Assembly (NCBI RefSeq): GCF_003334785.1
Contig: NZ_QOWV01000014.1
Origin: Escherichia coli
Lineage (GTDB): Bacteria; Pseudomonadota; Gammaproteobacteria; Enterobacterales; Enterobacteriaceae
DNA length: 64,000 bases
Strand: one strand, 5' to 3'
Made by a program: the position numbers and the translations under genes
The notes under the pieces: generated by a model
What the model was told of the DNA's origin: nothing
Database searches by the model: none
What the model saw: only the letters and a program-made list of their open reading frames with translations
Shown: one piece after another, positions 23,703 to 36,558 of the stretch
Position numbering within the stretch: position 1 is the stretch's first letter
Layout: every line of letters begins with the position of its first letter

Positions 23703-25235
23703 ATGACGCAGAAAATTGAACAATCTCAACGACAAGAACGGGTAGCGGCCTGGAATCGTCGCGCTGAATGCGATCTTGCCGCTTTCCAGAACTCGCCAAA
23801 GCAAACCTACCAGGCTGAAAAAGCGCGCGATCGCAAACTGTGCGCCAACCTGGAAGAAGCGATTCGTCGCTCTGGTTTACAGGACGGCATGACGGTTTCC
23901 TTCCATCACGCTTTCCGTGGCGGTGACCTGACCGTCAATATGGTGATGGACGTCATCGCGAAGATGGGCTTTAAAAACCTGACCCTGGCGTCCAGCTCCC
24001 TGAGTGATTGCCATGCGCCGCTGGTAGAACACATTCGCCAGGGCGTGGTTACCCGCATTTATACCTCCGGCCTGCGTGGTCCACTGGCGGAAGAGATCTC
24101 CCGTGGTCTGCTGGCAGAACCGGTGCAGATCCACTCTCACGGCGGTCGTGTGCATCTGGTACAGAGCGGCGAACTGAATATCGACGTGGCTTTCCTCGGC
24201 GTCCCGTCCTGTGATGAATTCGGTAATGCCAACGGCTACACCGGTAAAGCCTGCTGCGGCTCCCTCGGCTATGCAATGGTTGATGCCGACAACGCAAAAC
24301 AGGTCGTGATGCTTACCGAAGAACTGCTGCCTTATCCGCATAATCCGGCAAGCATTGAGCAAGATCAGGTTGATTTGATCGTCAAAGTTGACCGCGTTGG
24401 CGATGCTGCAAAAATCGGCGCTGGCGCGACCCGTATGACCACTAACCCGCGCGAACTGCTTATTGCCCGTAGCGCTGCGGATGTGATTGTCAACTCTGGC
24501 TACTTCAAAGAAGGTTTCTCCATGCAAACCGGCACCGGCGGCGCATCGCTGGCGGTAACCCGTTTCCTGGAAGACAAAATGCGTAGCCGCGATATTCGCG
24601 CCGACTTCGCCCTTGGCGGTATTACCGCGACGATGGTTGACCTGCACGAAAAAGGTCTGATCCGCAAACTGCTGGATGTGCAGAGCTTTGACAGCCATGC
24701 TGCGCAATCGCTGGCCCGTAACCCCAATCACATCGAAATCAGCGCCAACCAGTACGCTAACTGGGGTTCGAAAGGCGCATCGGTTGATCGTCTCGACGTG
24801 GTGGTACTGAGCGCGCTGGAAATTGACACCCAGTTCAACGTTAACGTGCTGACCGGCTCTGACGGCGTACTGCGTGGTGCTTCCGGTGGTCACTGCGATA
24901 CCGCGATTGCCTCTGCGCTTTCCATCATCGTCGCGCCGCTGGTACGCGGTCGTATTCCGACTCTGGTGGATAACGTACTGACCTGCATCACCCCAGGCTC
25001 CAGTGTCGATATTCTGGTCACAGACCACGGTATCGCAGTTAACCCGGCACGTCCGGAACTGGCAGAACGTCTGCAGGAAGCGGGCATTAAAGTGGTTTCC
25101 ATTGAGTGGCTGCGCGAACGTGCGCGTCTGCTGACCGGTGAACCACAGCCGATTGAATTCACAGACCGCGTCGTTGCCGTTGTGCGTTACCGCGATGGCT
25201 CGGTGATCGATGTTGTGCATCAGGTGAAGGAATAA
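23703..25235 (+). CDS. citF: citrate lyase alpha subunit (citrate CoA-transferase)
   Basis: ORF 23661..25235; start at MTQKIEQSQR... (510 aa). Confidence 0.93.
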   Translation: MTQKIEQSQRQERVAAWNRRAECDLAAFQNSPKQTYQAEKARDRKLCANLEEAIRRSGLQDGMTVSFHHAFRGGDLTVNMVMDVIAKMGFKNLTLASSSLSDCHAPLVEHIRQGVVTRIYTSGLRGPLAEEISRGLLAEPVQIHSHGGRVHLVQSGELNIDVAFLGVPSCDEFGNANGYTGKACCGSLGYAMVDADNAKQVVMLTEELLPYPHNPASIEQDQVDLIVKVDRVGDAAKIGAGATRMTTNPRELLIARSAADVIVNSGYFKEGFSMQTGTGGASLAVTRFLEDKMRSRDIRADFALGGITATMVDLHEKGLIRKLLDVQSFDSHAAQSLARNPNHIEISANQYANWGSKGASVDRLDVVVLSALEIDTQFNVNVLTGSDGVLRGASGGHCDTAIASALSIIVAPLVRGRIPTLVDNVLTCITPGSSVDILVTDHGIAVNPARPELAERLQEAGIKVVSIEWLRERARLLTGEPQPIEFTDRVVAVVRYRDGSVIDVVHQVKE

Positions 25236-25238
25236 GCC

Positions 25239-26643
<1,405 letters not shown>

Positions 26644-26693
26644 TTATTTAAGCACTTGATAAATTTGGAAATATTAATTTTCGGAGAACCCGT

Positions 26694-28157
26694 ATGTCTT
26701 TAGCAAAAGATAATATATGGAAACTATTGACCCCACTGGTGGTGATGGGTGTCATGTTTCTTATCCCTGTCCCCGACGGTATGCCGCCGCAGGCATGGCA
26801 TTACTTCGCTGTGTTTGTGGCAATGATTGTCGGCATGATCCTCGAGCCAATTCCGGCAACAGCGATCAGTTTTATTGCGGTTACTATTTGCGTTATTGGC
26901 AGTAATTACCTGCTCTTTGATGCCAAAGAATTAGCTGACCCAGCGTTTAATGCGCAAAAACAGGCGCTGAAATGGGGCCTGGCTGGTTTTTCCAGCACCA
27001 CGGTATGGCTGGTATTTGGCGCATTTATTTTTGCATTAGGGTATGAAGTTTCCGGGTTAGGTCGTCGCATTGCCCTTTTCCTGGTGAAATTCATGGGCAA
27101 ACGCACGCTGACGTTGGGTTATGCGATTGTCATTATCGACATTCTGCTGGCACCGTTTACACCTTCCAACACCGCGCGTACCGGGGGTACGGTTTTTCCG
27201 GTCATTAAAAACCTGCCGCCGTTGTTTAAATCATTCCCGAACGATCCGTCCGCGCGTCGTATTGGCGGCTATTTGATGTGGATGATGGTCATTAGTACCA
27301 GTCTGAGTTCGTCCATGTTTGTCACCGGTGCGGCACCAAACGTGCTGGGTCTGGAGTTCGTCAGCAAAATTGCCGGTATCCAGATTAGCTGGTTGCAGTG
27401 GTTCCTCTGCTTCCTGCCGGTTGGGGTTATCTTGCTTATCATTGCGCCGTGGCTTTCCTACGTGCTGTACAAACCGGAAATCACACACAGTGAAGAAGTG
27501 GCAACCTGGGCGGGTGATGAACTGAAAACCATGGGTGCGCTGACACGCAGAGAGTGGACACTGATTGGCCTTGTATTGCTCAGCTTAGGTTTGTGGGTAT
27601 TTGGCAGTGAAGTCATTAATGCTACTGCGGTTGGTCTGCTGGCAGTTTCGCTAATGCTGGCCCTGCACGTTGTGCCTTGGAAAGACATTACCCGCTATAA
27701 CAGCGCATGGAACACACTGGTCAACCTGGCAACTCTGGTTGTGATGGCTAACGGCCTGACTCGTTCTGGTTTTATTGACTGGTTCGCCGGTACCATGAGT
27801 ACGCACCTGGAAGGATTCTCACCAAACGCAACGGTGATTGTACTGGTTCTGGTGTTCTACTTTGCACACTACCTGTTTGCCAGCCTGTCTGCGCACACCG
27901 CAACCATGCTGCCGGTTATTCTGGCCGTCGGTAAAGGTATTCCGGGCGTACCAATGGAACAACTGTGTATCCTGCTGGTGCTGTCTATCGGTATCATGGG
28001 CTGTCTGACGCCGTATGCAACCGGTCCTGGGGTGATTATTTACGGCTGTGGCTATGTGAAATCAAAAGATTACTGGCGTCTTGGCGCAATCTTCGGGGTG
28101 ATTTACATCTCTATGTTGCTGTTGGTTGGCTGGCCGATTCTCGCCATGTGGAACTAA
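26694..28157 (+). CDS. citT: citrate:succinate antiporter
   Basis: 487-aa polytopic membrane ORF ending the cit operon. Confidence 0.93.
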   Translation: MSLAKDNIWKLLTPLVVMGVMFLIPVPDGMPPQAWHYFAVFVAMIVGMILEPIPATAISFIAVTICVIGSNYLLFDAKELADPAFNAQKQALKWGLAGFSSTTVWLVFGAFIFALGYEVSGLGRRIALFLVKFMGKRTLTLGYAIVIIDILLAPFTPSNTARTGGTVFPVIKNLPPLFKSFPNDPSARRIGGYLMWMMVISTSLSSSMFVTGAAPNVLGLEFVSKIAGIQISWLQWFLCFLPVGVILLIIAPWLSYVLYKPEITHSEEVATWAGDELKTMGALTRREWTLIGLVLLSLGLWVFGSEVINATAVGLLAVSLMLALHVVPWKDITRYNSAWNTLVNLATLVVMANGLTRSGFIDWFAGTMSTHLEGFSPNATVIVLVLVFYFAHYLFASLSAHTATMLPVILAVGKGIPGVPMEQLCILLVLSIGIMGCLTPYATGPGVIIYGCGYVKSKDYWRLGAIFGVIYISMLLLVGWPILAMWN

Positions 28158-28185
28158 TACGTTCGCCAAACGCTGAATAAATCAT

Positions 28186-28224
28186 CACGCCCGCCAGGTA
28201 AGCCCACCTGGCGGGCTTTTTTAT
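28186..28224 (+). terminator. rho-independent terminator after citT
   Basis: cgcccgccaggtaagcccacctggcgggctttttt. Confidence 0.8.
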
Positions 28225-28270
28225 GATTTAATAGATAGTATTCAGTGTATGTATGAGTTCCACACCCATT

Positions 28271-29077
28271 ATGAAAGCATTCTGGCGTAACGCCGCGTTG
28301 CTCGCGGTTTCTCTGCTTCCCTTCTCTTCTGCCAACGCCTTAGCGTTGCAGGCAAAACAGTATGGCGATTTTGATCGCTATGTCCTGGCCCTCTCCTGGC
28401 AAACCGGATTTTGCCAGAGTCAACACGATCGAAATCGTAACGAACGAGATGAATGTCGCCTGCAAACCGAAACGACCAACAAAGCTGATTTTCTGACCGT
28501 ACATGGTCTGTGGCCAGGATTGCCTAAATCGGTTGCTGCCCGTGGTGTTGATGAACGCCGCTGGATGCGCTTCGGTTGCGCTACTCGCCCAATCCCGAAT
28601 CTACCAGAAGCGCGCGCCAGCCGAATGTGTTCATCGCCGGAAACCGGATTATCACTGGAAACGGCCGCTAAACTAAGTGAAGTCATGCCAGGAGCTGGCG
28701 GACGTTCCTGCCTGGAACGCTACGAATATGCCAAACACGGTGCCTGCTTTGGTTTTGATCCGGACGCATACTTCGGTACGATGGTACGCCTGAATCAAGA
28801 AATTAAAGAGAGCGAAGCCGGAAAATTCCTTGCGGATAATTACGGTAAAACAGTGAGCCGCCGTGACTTTGACGCCGCCTTTGCCAAAAGCTGGGGAAAA
28901 GAGAACGTGAAAGCAGTTAAGCTAACGTGCCAGGGTAACCCTGCGTATTTGACTGAAATTCAGATCTCGATCAAAGCTGACGCCATCAACGCTCCGCTTT
29001 CTGCAAACTCATTCTTGCCACAACCTCACCCAGGTAACTGTGGCAAAACCTTTGTGATTGATAAAGCGGGTTATTAA
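28271..29077 (+). CDS. rna: periplasmic ribonuclease I (RNase T2 family)
   Basis: ORF 28253..29077; start at MKAFWRNAALLAVSLL... (268 aa); signal peptide; HGLWP active-site motif. Confidence 0.93.
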   Translation: MKAFWRNAALLAVSLLPFSSANALALQAKQYGDFDRYVLALSWQTGFCQSQHDRNRNERDECRLQTETTNKADFLTVHGLWPGLPKSVAARGVDERRWMRFGCATRPIPNLPEARASRMCSSPETGLSLETAAKLSEVMPGAGGRSCLERYEYAKHGACFGFDPDAYFGTMVRLNQEIKESEAGKFLADNYGKTVSRRDFDAAFAKSWGKENVKAVKLTCQGNPAYLTEIQISIKADAINAPLSANSFLPQPHPGNCGKTFVIDKAGY

Positions 29078-29223
29078 TCATCTGATTTACAAAACACGCT
29101 AATTCGTCTTCCATAAACCAAGGCGATTAAGATTTATACATAATGCGCTGCATTGAGGAATTCCCTGAATGTGACGCAAATCACTTCAAAGAGTGAGCAA
29201 CAGTCAGTATCATCATGTGAGTT

Positions 29224-29258
29224 AAACCCTCGCCGCCTGACGGTGAGGGTTTTCTTTT
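29224..29258 (+). terminator. hairpin with T-rich tail between rna and rnk
   Basis: aaaccctcgccgcctgacggtgagggttttctttt. Confidence 0.45.
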
Positions 29259-29306
29259 GGGTATGTTTATCTGCGACACTCGCAGCACCGACGACATGGA
29301 GTAAAA

Positions 29307-29717
29307 ATGTCCAGACCAACTATCATCATTAACGACCTGGATGCCGAACGCATCGATATTCTGCTGGAGCAACCCGCCTATGCTGGTTTGCCAATCGCCG
29401 ACGCGTTAAACGCAGAGTTGGATCGCGCCCAAATGTGTTCGCCAGAAGAGATGCCACACGACGTGGTGACAATGAACAGCCGGGTTAAATTCCGCAATCT
29501 TAGCGATGGCGAAGTGCGTGTGCGCACGCTGGTGTATCCGGCAAAAATGACCGATAGCAATACTCAGCTTTCCGTTATGGCTCCGGTAGGTGCCGCACTG
29601 CTGGGGCTGCGCGTTGGCGATTCCATTCACTGGGAACTTCCGGGTGGCGTTGCAACCCACCTTGAAGTGCTGGAACTCGAATACCAGCCAGAAGCTGCTG
29701 GCGACTACCTGCTTTAA
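29307..29717 (+). CDS. rnk: regulator of nucleoside diphosphate kinase (GreA/B-like)
   Basis: 136-aa [25 protein letters not shown]... Confidence 0.92.
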
Positions 29718-29854
29718 TCCCATCTGCACAAGCGATAACTCGCTTTGCCCAGAGGATGCACTCGCATCCTCTTTACGCAAAATCAGCAATTTTTCCTGGT
29801 TCTCACTGTTCACTTTTGCTGCAAAATTATTCCGTTTCGTTTGTGGGAATAACC

Positions 29855-29944
29855 ATGGCAGAAGCATTTTACATCCTGATAGGATTTCTGATTATGGCGG
29901 TGATTATCGTCATGGCTGTCCTTTACCTCGAAAACCACTCCTGA
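29855..29944 (+). CDS. candidate small single-pass membrane protein (29 aa)
   Basis: ATG at 29855 preceded by GGGAAT about 5 nt upstream; MAEAFYILIGFLIMAVIIVMAVLYLENHS is one hydrophobic helix; stops 3 nt before convergent ybdR; not a protein I recognise. Confidence 0.3.
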   Translation: MAEAFYILIGFLIMAVIIVMAVLYLENHS

Positions 29945-29947
29945 CGA

Positions 29948-31186
29948 TCATATTGTTCCCCCCGGCATCGCATTCACCAGACCTGAAACCGCCTTCTGCG
30001 CCGCCTCTGCGCTTTGTGCACCGGGTACCAGAATCACCTTACGGCACTCCTCTTCACGTTTTTCGAAAATCTCATATCCCCGGGCGGCCTCTTCAAACGG
30101 CATATAGTGGGTAACAATTTCTTCTGGTTTCAGTAATCCTTTCTCAATTAACGGTAATAATTCTCCCAGCCATGCGTGAACGTGGGTCTGTCCCATTTTA
30201 AACGACAACCCTTTATCAAAGGCGTCGCCAAACAGGAAACCGTGAATAAATCCAGCGTAGACGCCCGGTACGCTAACAATGCCGCCACGCCTGACCGCCG
30301 CAATACACTGACGCAACGCTTTACCGCTGCTGCCCTCCAGTTTCAGGTTAGTCAGCACCGTTTCCGTGGTGCTGCCTTTCGCTTCAAAACCGACGGCGTC
30401 TATTACTGCATCCACGCCCCGGTGACCTGCCGTTTGTTCAATAATTGACTGTGCCGGATCGCTGTCTTCATCAAAATTAATCGGGATCGCGCCGTAGCGG
30501 TCGGCGGCGAAATGCAAGCGGTAGGGATGATGATCAACAACAAAAATCTGTTCCGCACCGAGCAACCGTGCACAGGCGATTGTCAACAATCCCACAGGAC
30601 CAGCACCATAGACTGCAACGCTTGAACCTTGTTGGATCTGCGCATTTTTTGCTGCCTGCCATGCCGTTGGCAGAATATCAGAAAGGAAAAGCGCTTTATC
30701 ATCTGAAAGCAAAGGCGGTACTTTAAACGGCCCCACATTCCCTTTAGGGACGCGGACATATTCCGCCTGCCCACCAGGAACGCCGCCATACAGGTGACTA
30801 TAACCAAACAATGCCGCTGGAGCTGGTATCTGTTTTTTATTGAGCGCAGCGCCTTTACCCGCATTGGTATTTTCGCAGGCGGCATATTGTTGCAATCGAC
30901 AGAAAAAACAGTCGCCACAAGCAATGACGAACGGAATTACCACTCGGTCGCCTTTTTGCAAATTTTTTACGTCCTTTCCGGTTTCAACTACTTCCCCCAT
31001 AAATTCATGACCAAAAATATCGCCATGTTTAACCTGAGGTATTTTGCCTCGATAAAGATGGAGGTCAGAGCCACAGATCGCCGTTGCCGTAATACGCAGA
31101 ATAATATCATCTGCCTGTTCAACGCCCGGATCGGGAACATTTTCTACCTGAACGTGATGTGGGCCGTGATAAGTCAATGCTTTCAT
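29948..31186 (-). CDS. ybdR: Zn-dependent alcohol-dehydrogenase-family oxidoreductase YbdR
   Basis: 412-aa ORF with MDR zinc-ligand motif (GHEFMGEV) and Rossmann GxGxxG (GAGPVG). Confidence 0.9.
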
Positions 31187-31406
31187 GCAACCTCCAGAGA
31201 CAGTTCAAAAAAGAGTCAGTCTTTAAGGGTAGCTATCACAGCGGGAAAACGGGCGGTACCACAGGTTTTGGGAGAATTCCTGGTGTTCAGTGAGAATATA
31301 TTCATCACAGAAACAGTTCGTAAGGAAAAAGAACCAGACAAATATCAGGGATAAATATTATAATCATGGCGAATGATTTGTTCATGATTAACAGGGAGAA
31401 AGGGTT

Positions 31407-31835
31407 ATGTATAAGACAATCATTATGCCAGTTGATGTATTTGAAATGGAATTGAGCGACAAAGCTGTTCGCCACGCTGAATTCCTCGCCCAGGATGACG
31501 GAGTTATTCATCTACTTCACGTACTACCCGGGTCAGCCAGCCTGAGCCTGCACCGTTTTGCCGCTGATGTGCGTCGTTTTGAAGAGCATCTGCAACATGA
31601 AGCACAAGAACGTCTGCAAACGATGGTCAGCCACTTCACCATCGATCCTTCCCGCATTAAACAACATGTCCGTTTTGGTAGCGTGCGGGATGAAGTCAAT
31701 GAGTTGGCAGAAGAACTGGGGGCTGATGTTGTAGTTATTGGTTCTCGCAACCCATCGATTTCGACCCATCTGTTAGGTTCTAACGCCTCGAGCGTGATCC
31801 GCCACGCCAATCTGCCGGTGCTGGTTGTGCGTTAA
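31407..31835 (+). CDS. uspG: universal stress protein G (YbdQ)
   Basis: 142-aa [32 protein letters not shown]... Confidence 0.92.
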
Positions 31836-31851
31836 TTGCCAGAATAAGTAT

Positions 31852-31888
31852 CCCGCCCTGCCCGGAGCCATCCCGGCGGGGCTTTTTA
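31852..31888 (+). terminator. rho-independent terminator after uspG
   Basis: cccgccctgcccggagccatcccggcggggcttttt. Confidence 0.7.
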
Positions 31889-31894
31889 ATGCCA

Positions 31895-31930
31895 TAAAAA
31901 AGCCGCCAGGTTTGACCCCGGCGGCTAAGC
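31895..31930 (-). terminator. rho-independent terminator after ahpF
   Basis: Minus strand reads agccgccggggtcaaacctggcggctttttt. Confidence 0.7.
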
Positions 31931-31955
31931 AATTGCAGGTGAATCTTACTTCTTC

Positions 31956-33521
31956 TTATGCAGTTTTGGTGCGAATCAGGTAGTCAAAAGCACTCAGAGA
32001 GGCTTTGGCACCTTCGCCAGTGGCGATGATGATCTGCTTGTACGGAACCGTCGTACAGTCACCCGCTGCGAACACGCCTTTCACGTTGGTTTCGCATTTC
32101 GCATCAATGATAATCTCGCCCATGCGGTTACGTTCGACTGCGCCTTCGAGCCAGTTGGTGTTCGGCAGCAGACCAATCTGGACGAAAATACCGGCCAGTT
32201 CGATGTTGTGAATATCGCCGCTGACACGATCTCGATATTCCAGACCAACGACTTTGCTGCCGTCGCCTTTCACTTCCGTGGTTTGCGCATTCAGAATAAT
32301 GTCGACGTTTTTCAGGCTGCGCAGTTTGTCCTGCAGAACCTGGTCGGCTTTCATTTCTGGCGCAAATTCCAGCAGCGTTACGTGCTCAACGATACCCGCC
32401 AGGTCAATTGCCGCTTCCACGCCGGAGTTACCGCCGCCGATAACCGCTACGCGTTTACCTTTAAACAGCGGGCCGTCGCAGTGCGGGCAGTAGGTCACGC
32501 CTTTGGTGCGATACTGATCTTCGCCCGGAACGTTCATGTTGCGCCATTTTGCACCGGTCGCCACGATAATGCTGCGTGCTTTCAGTACCGCGCCAGAAGC
32601 TGTTTCAATCTGATGCAGACCACCTTCAACTGCTGCTGGGATCAGTTTGCTGGCGCTCTGGCTGTCGATCACATCAACGTCGTATTCATCAACGTGAACT
32701 TTCAGTGCGCCTGCCAGCTTCTGCCCTTCAGTCTTCGGTACAGAAATGTAGTTTTCGATATCAACGGTATCGAGGATCTGACCACCAAAACGTTCGCCCA
32801 TCAGACCGGTACGGATGCCTTTACGTGCGGAGTAAATTGCTGCCGCTGCACCCGCCGGGCCGGAACCGACGATTAATACGTCATAAGCATCACGCTTGTT
32901 CAGCTCTTCTGCCGCACGTTTTTCCGCGCCAGTATCAATTTTGGCAACGATTTCAGTCAACGTCATGCGGCCCTGACCAAACTCTTTCCCGTTTACGAAC
33001 ACTGCCGGAACGCCCATCACGTTGCGATCGGTGATTTCGTTCTGGAAGGTGCCGCCGTCAATTGCAGTGTGCTTGATGCGCGGGTTCAGTACGCTCATCA
33101 GGTTCAGCGCCTGCACCACGTCCGGGCAGTTGTGGCAAGAGAGCGAGTAATAGGTTTCGAATTCAAAATCACCGTCAATATGGCGAATCTGCTCCAGCAG
33201 AGACTGCGCTTCTTTCGACGGATGACCACCGGTCCACAGCAACGCCAGTACCAGCGAGGTGAACTCGTGGCCCAGCGGGGAGCCTGCAAAACGTGGCCCC
33301 TGGTTGGAACCTGGGTTGGTGATCAGGAAAGACGGCTTACGCACCGGCAAGCTGTTATCTTCTTTAAAGGTGACTTTGTCTGACAGTTCTGCGATTTCAG
33401 CCAACAGTTCCTTGATTTCTGCCGATTTAGCGCTGTCATCCAGCGTGGCAATTAACTCAACAGGCTTGGTCAATTTCTCAAGGTAAGCCTTGAGTTGAGT
33501 TTTCATATTTGTGTCGAGCAT
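31956..33521 (-). CDS. ahpF: alkyl hydroperoxide reductase subunit F
   Basis: ORF 31956..33551; start at [10 protein letters not shown]... (521 aa); CxxC redox centres and FAD/NAD folds. Confidence 0.95.
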
Positions 33522-33574
33522 GTTTATCTCCTGGGCTTTAAACATCATCATGCAAGCGGCCTCTGCGGCTACCT

Positions 33575-33730
33575 GGATGCAGCTTGCATCATGGTGCGGG
33601 GAAGAAAATCGGGTGCCGCAGCACCCGAAGAATTAGGTGAATTTCCGAAGTATTTCGCGTCAGAGCAAGGCGGCTAGCCTGTGAATCCCCGGGAGCTTAC
33701 ACAAGTAAGTGACCGGGGTGAGCGGGCGAC
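33575..33730. repeat. ERIC/IRU intergenic repeat between ahpC and ahpF
   Basis: Contains gtgaatccccgggagcttacacaagtaagtgaccggggtgagcg, matching both halves of the ERIC core (ERIC1R and ERIC2 primer sites) within a larger imperfect palindrome. Confidence 0.8.
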
Positions 33731-33765
33731 GCCAACGCCGCTATGGCGTGAAAGACGAAGGAAAT

Positions 33766-34329
33766 TTAGATTTTACCAACCAGGTCCAGAGACGGAGCCA
33801 GAGTTGCTTCACCTTCTTTCCATTTAGCCGGGCAAACTTCACCTGGGTGAGAAGCTACGTACTGTGCTGCTTTGATTTTACGCAGCAGGTCAGACGCGTC
33901 ACGGCCAATGCCTTCAGCGGTAACTTCGATTGCCTGGATGATACCCTGCGGGTCAACAACGAAGGTCGCACGGTCAGCCAGACCTTCATCTTCACGCATG
34001 TTGTCGAAGTTACGGGTCAGGGCGCCAGTCGGGTCGCCGATCATCGCATATTTGATTTTAGCGATGGTTTCAGAGCTGCTGTGCCATGCTTTGTGGGTGA
34101 AGTGAGTATCGGTAGATACTGCGTATACGTCTACGCCCAGTTTCTGCAGTTCTTCGTAGTGGTCAGCAACGTCACCCAGTTCGGTCGGGCATACGAAAGT
34201 AAAGTCAGCCGGGTAGAAGAAGAAGACGCTCCAGCGGCCTTCGGTATCTTTTTCGGTGATTTCGATGAATTCGCCGTTTTTGAATGCCTGGTTTTTAAAA
34301 GGTTTAATTTTGGTGTTAATCAAGGACAT
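33766..34329 (-). CDS. ahpC: alkyl hydroperoxide reductase subunit C (2-Cys peroxiredoxin)
   Basis: 187-aa ORF with peroxidatic-Cys motif (FTFVCPTE). Confidence 0.96.
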   Translation of the reverse strand: MSLINTKIKPFKNQAFKNGEFIEITEKDTEGRWSVFFFYPADFTFVCPTELGDVADHYEELQKLGVDVYAVSTDTHFTHKAWHSSSETIAKIKYAMIGDPTGALTRNFDNMREDEGLADRATFVVDPQGIIQAIEVTAEGIGRDASDLLRKIKAAQYVASHPGEVCPAKWKEGEATLAPSLDLVGKI

Positions 34330-34379
34330 CTATACTTCCTCCGTGTTTTCGATGAGATGTAAGGTAACCAATTTTTGCC

Positions 34380-34460
34380 GATTCGGCTAATGCGTTTCCA
34401 TTATCAAATCGATAAGTTTTACCTTACAACCTTCGTAAGACAACTTTGTGAACTTTGCAC
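34380..34460. promoter_or_regulatory. ahpC promoter and presumed OxyR operator region (divergent with dsbG)
   Basis: Position directly upstream of ahpC; exact operator not resolved by eye. Confidence 0.35.
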
Positions 34461-34700
34461 CGCCAGCGGCGATAAAAAGTAAAATGGCCCCCTTTCCAGG
34501 TGACCGTGTAATCTGAACTACCCTTTGGTATCTTCAGTGCCTGCCTGCAGGCTGAGGTGTTGCCCTTACAAATGCAACAACGACATGGATTACAACACCC
34601 TCATAAACAAAGGGCAATCACCTGATCTAAGCTCTTACCTATGACAGTGATAGGTTATGCCTTTTACTCGACTTTTGCACTGACTGAAAAGGACAAATTA

Positions 34701-35447
34701 ATGTTAAAAAAGATACTTTTACTGGCTCTGCTTCCTGCAATCGCCTTCGCAGAGGAACTTCCTGCTCCAGTAAAAGCGATTGAAAAACAGGGCATTACAA
34801 TCATCAAAACATTCGATGCCCCCGGAGGAATGAAAGGTTATCTCGGAAAGTATCAGGATATGGGCGTCACCATCTACCTGACTCCAGATGGTAAGCACGC
34901 TATCTCTGGTTACATGTACAACGAGAAAGGTGAAAACCTGAGTAACACACTTATCGAAAAAGAAATTTACGCACCAGCCGGACGCGAAATGTGGCAACGG
35001 ATGGAACAATCCCACTGGCTCCTCGACGGTAAAAAAGATGCGCCGGTCATTGTCTACGTCTTCGCCGATCCGTTCTGCCCATATTGTAAACAGTTCTGGC
35101 AGCAGGCGCGCCCGTGGGTAGATTCTGGCAAAGTGCAATTAAGAACATTGTTGGTTGGGGTTATCAAGCCAGAAAGCCCGGCGACAGCAGCGGCAATTCT
35201 TGCCTCCAAAGATCCCGCAAAAACCTGGCAACAATATGAAGCCTCTGGTGGCAAGCTTAAGCTAAACGTGCCTGCAAACGTAAGTACAGAGCAAATGAAA
35301 GTGTTAAGTGACAATGAGAAACTGATGGACGATCTGGGGGCAAATGTCACGCCGGCTATCTATTACATGAGTAAGGAAAATACGCTACAACAGGCCGTGG
35401 GGTTGCCCGATCAGAAAACGCTTAATATCATTATGGGGAATAAATAA
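34701..35447 (+). CDS. dsbG: periplasmic disulfide isomerase DsbG
   Basis: ORF 34641..35447; start at [13 protein letters not shown]... (248 aa); CPYC thioredoxin motif. Confidence 0.92.
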   Translation: MLKKILLLALLPAIAFAEELPAPVKAIEKQGITIIKTFDAPGGMKGYLGKYQDMGVTIYLTPDGKHAISGYMYNEKGENLSNTLIEKEIYAPAGREMWQRMEQSHWLLDGKKDAPVIVYVFADPFCPYCKQFWQQARPWVDSGKVQLRTLLVGVIKPESPATAAAILASKDPAKTWQQYEASGGKLKLNVPANVSTEQMKVLSDNEKLMDDLGANVTPAIYYMSKENTLQQAVGLPDQKTLNIIMGNK

Positions 35448-35655
35448 AAGGTAATTCATGGATGGTTGAACTATATCCCTGCTTTTCAACCATCCTAAAA
35501 AAGCATGAATTGCTCGCTCTGCCCTAAGTGGCTGTGCTATTTTAGAAAAACTTAATCCTGAGTTAAGCAAAAAAACATAATCAATAAAAATATATACGCA
35601 AAAAACATTGATTAAGTGAATATATCATGGAAGAAAAATATAACCGGAGTAGTGT

Positions 35656-36558
35656 ATGGCCAATCTCTACGACTTGAAAAAGTTCGACTTAAATCTTCTT
35701 GTCATATTTGAGTGTATTTACCAGCATTTAAGCATTAGCAAAGCTGCTGAATCACTATATATCACCCCATCAGCCGTGAGCCAGTCGTTACAACGCTTAC
35801 GTGCGCAATTTAATGACCCTTTATTCATTCGCTCAGGAAAAGGTATCGCGCCGACGACAACAGGGTTAAATCTGCATCACCATCTTGAGAAAAATCTCAG
35901 AGGCCTTGAACAAACAATTAATATAGTCAATAAGTCCGAACTAAAGAAAAACTTTATTATCTACGGCCCTCAGCTCATTTCTTGCTCTAATAATAGTATG
36001 CTGATCCGCTGCCTACGGCAAGATTCCTCTGTCGAGATTGAGTGCCATGATATCCTCATGTCAGCAGAGAATGCTGAAGAACTGTTGGTTCACCGCAAAG
36101 CCGATCTGGTGATCACCCAAATGCCAGTGATCAGCCGTTCCGTCATTTGCATGCCATTGCATACGATTCGCAATACTCTAATTTGTAGTAATAGGCATCC
36201 ACGAATTACTGACAATAGCACTTATGAACAAATTATGGCAGAAGAGTTCACCCAATTAATATCTAAATCAGCAGGGGTTGATGATATTCAAATGGAAATA
36301 GACGAGAGATTTATGAATCGCAAAATCTCATTTCGTGGTTCCTCTTTGCTGACAATCATTAATAGCATTGCAGTTACAGATTTACTGGGAATAGTCCCCT
36401 ATGAACTTTATAATTTCTACCGTGACTTTCTTAACTTAAAAGAGATAAAACTAGAACATCCGTTACCTTCAATAAAGCTTTACATTTCCTATAATAAATC
36501 TTCTTTAAATAATTTGGTGTTCTCCCGATTTATTGACCGTCTAAATGAGAGTTTTTGA
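35656..36558 (+). CDS. ybdO: LysR-family transcriptional regulator YbdO
   Basis: 300-aa ORF with N-terminal HTH (TPSAVSQSLQRLR); alignable by eye with ybeF along its length; markedly AT-rich. Confidence 0.88.
   Translation: MANLYDLKKFDLNLLVIFECIYQHLSISKAAESLYITPSAVSQSLQRLRAQFNDPLFIRSGKGIAPTTTGLNLHHHLEKNLRGLEQTINIVNKSELKKNFIIYGPQLISCSNNSMLIRCLRQDSSVEIECHDILMSAENAEELLVHRKADLVITQMPVISRSVICMPLHTIRNTLICSNRHPRITDNSTYEQIMAEEFTQLISKSAGVDDIQMEIDERFMNRKISFRGSSLLTIINSIAVTDLLGIVPYELYNFYRDFLNLKEIKLEHPLPSIKLYISYNKSSLNNLVFSRFIDRLNESF

Noticed and set aside
32208-34362. Plus-strand ORFs of 222 aa (32208..32876) and 217 aa (33709..34362)
   Set aside because: Antisense to ahpF and ahpC respectively, both high-confidence calls
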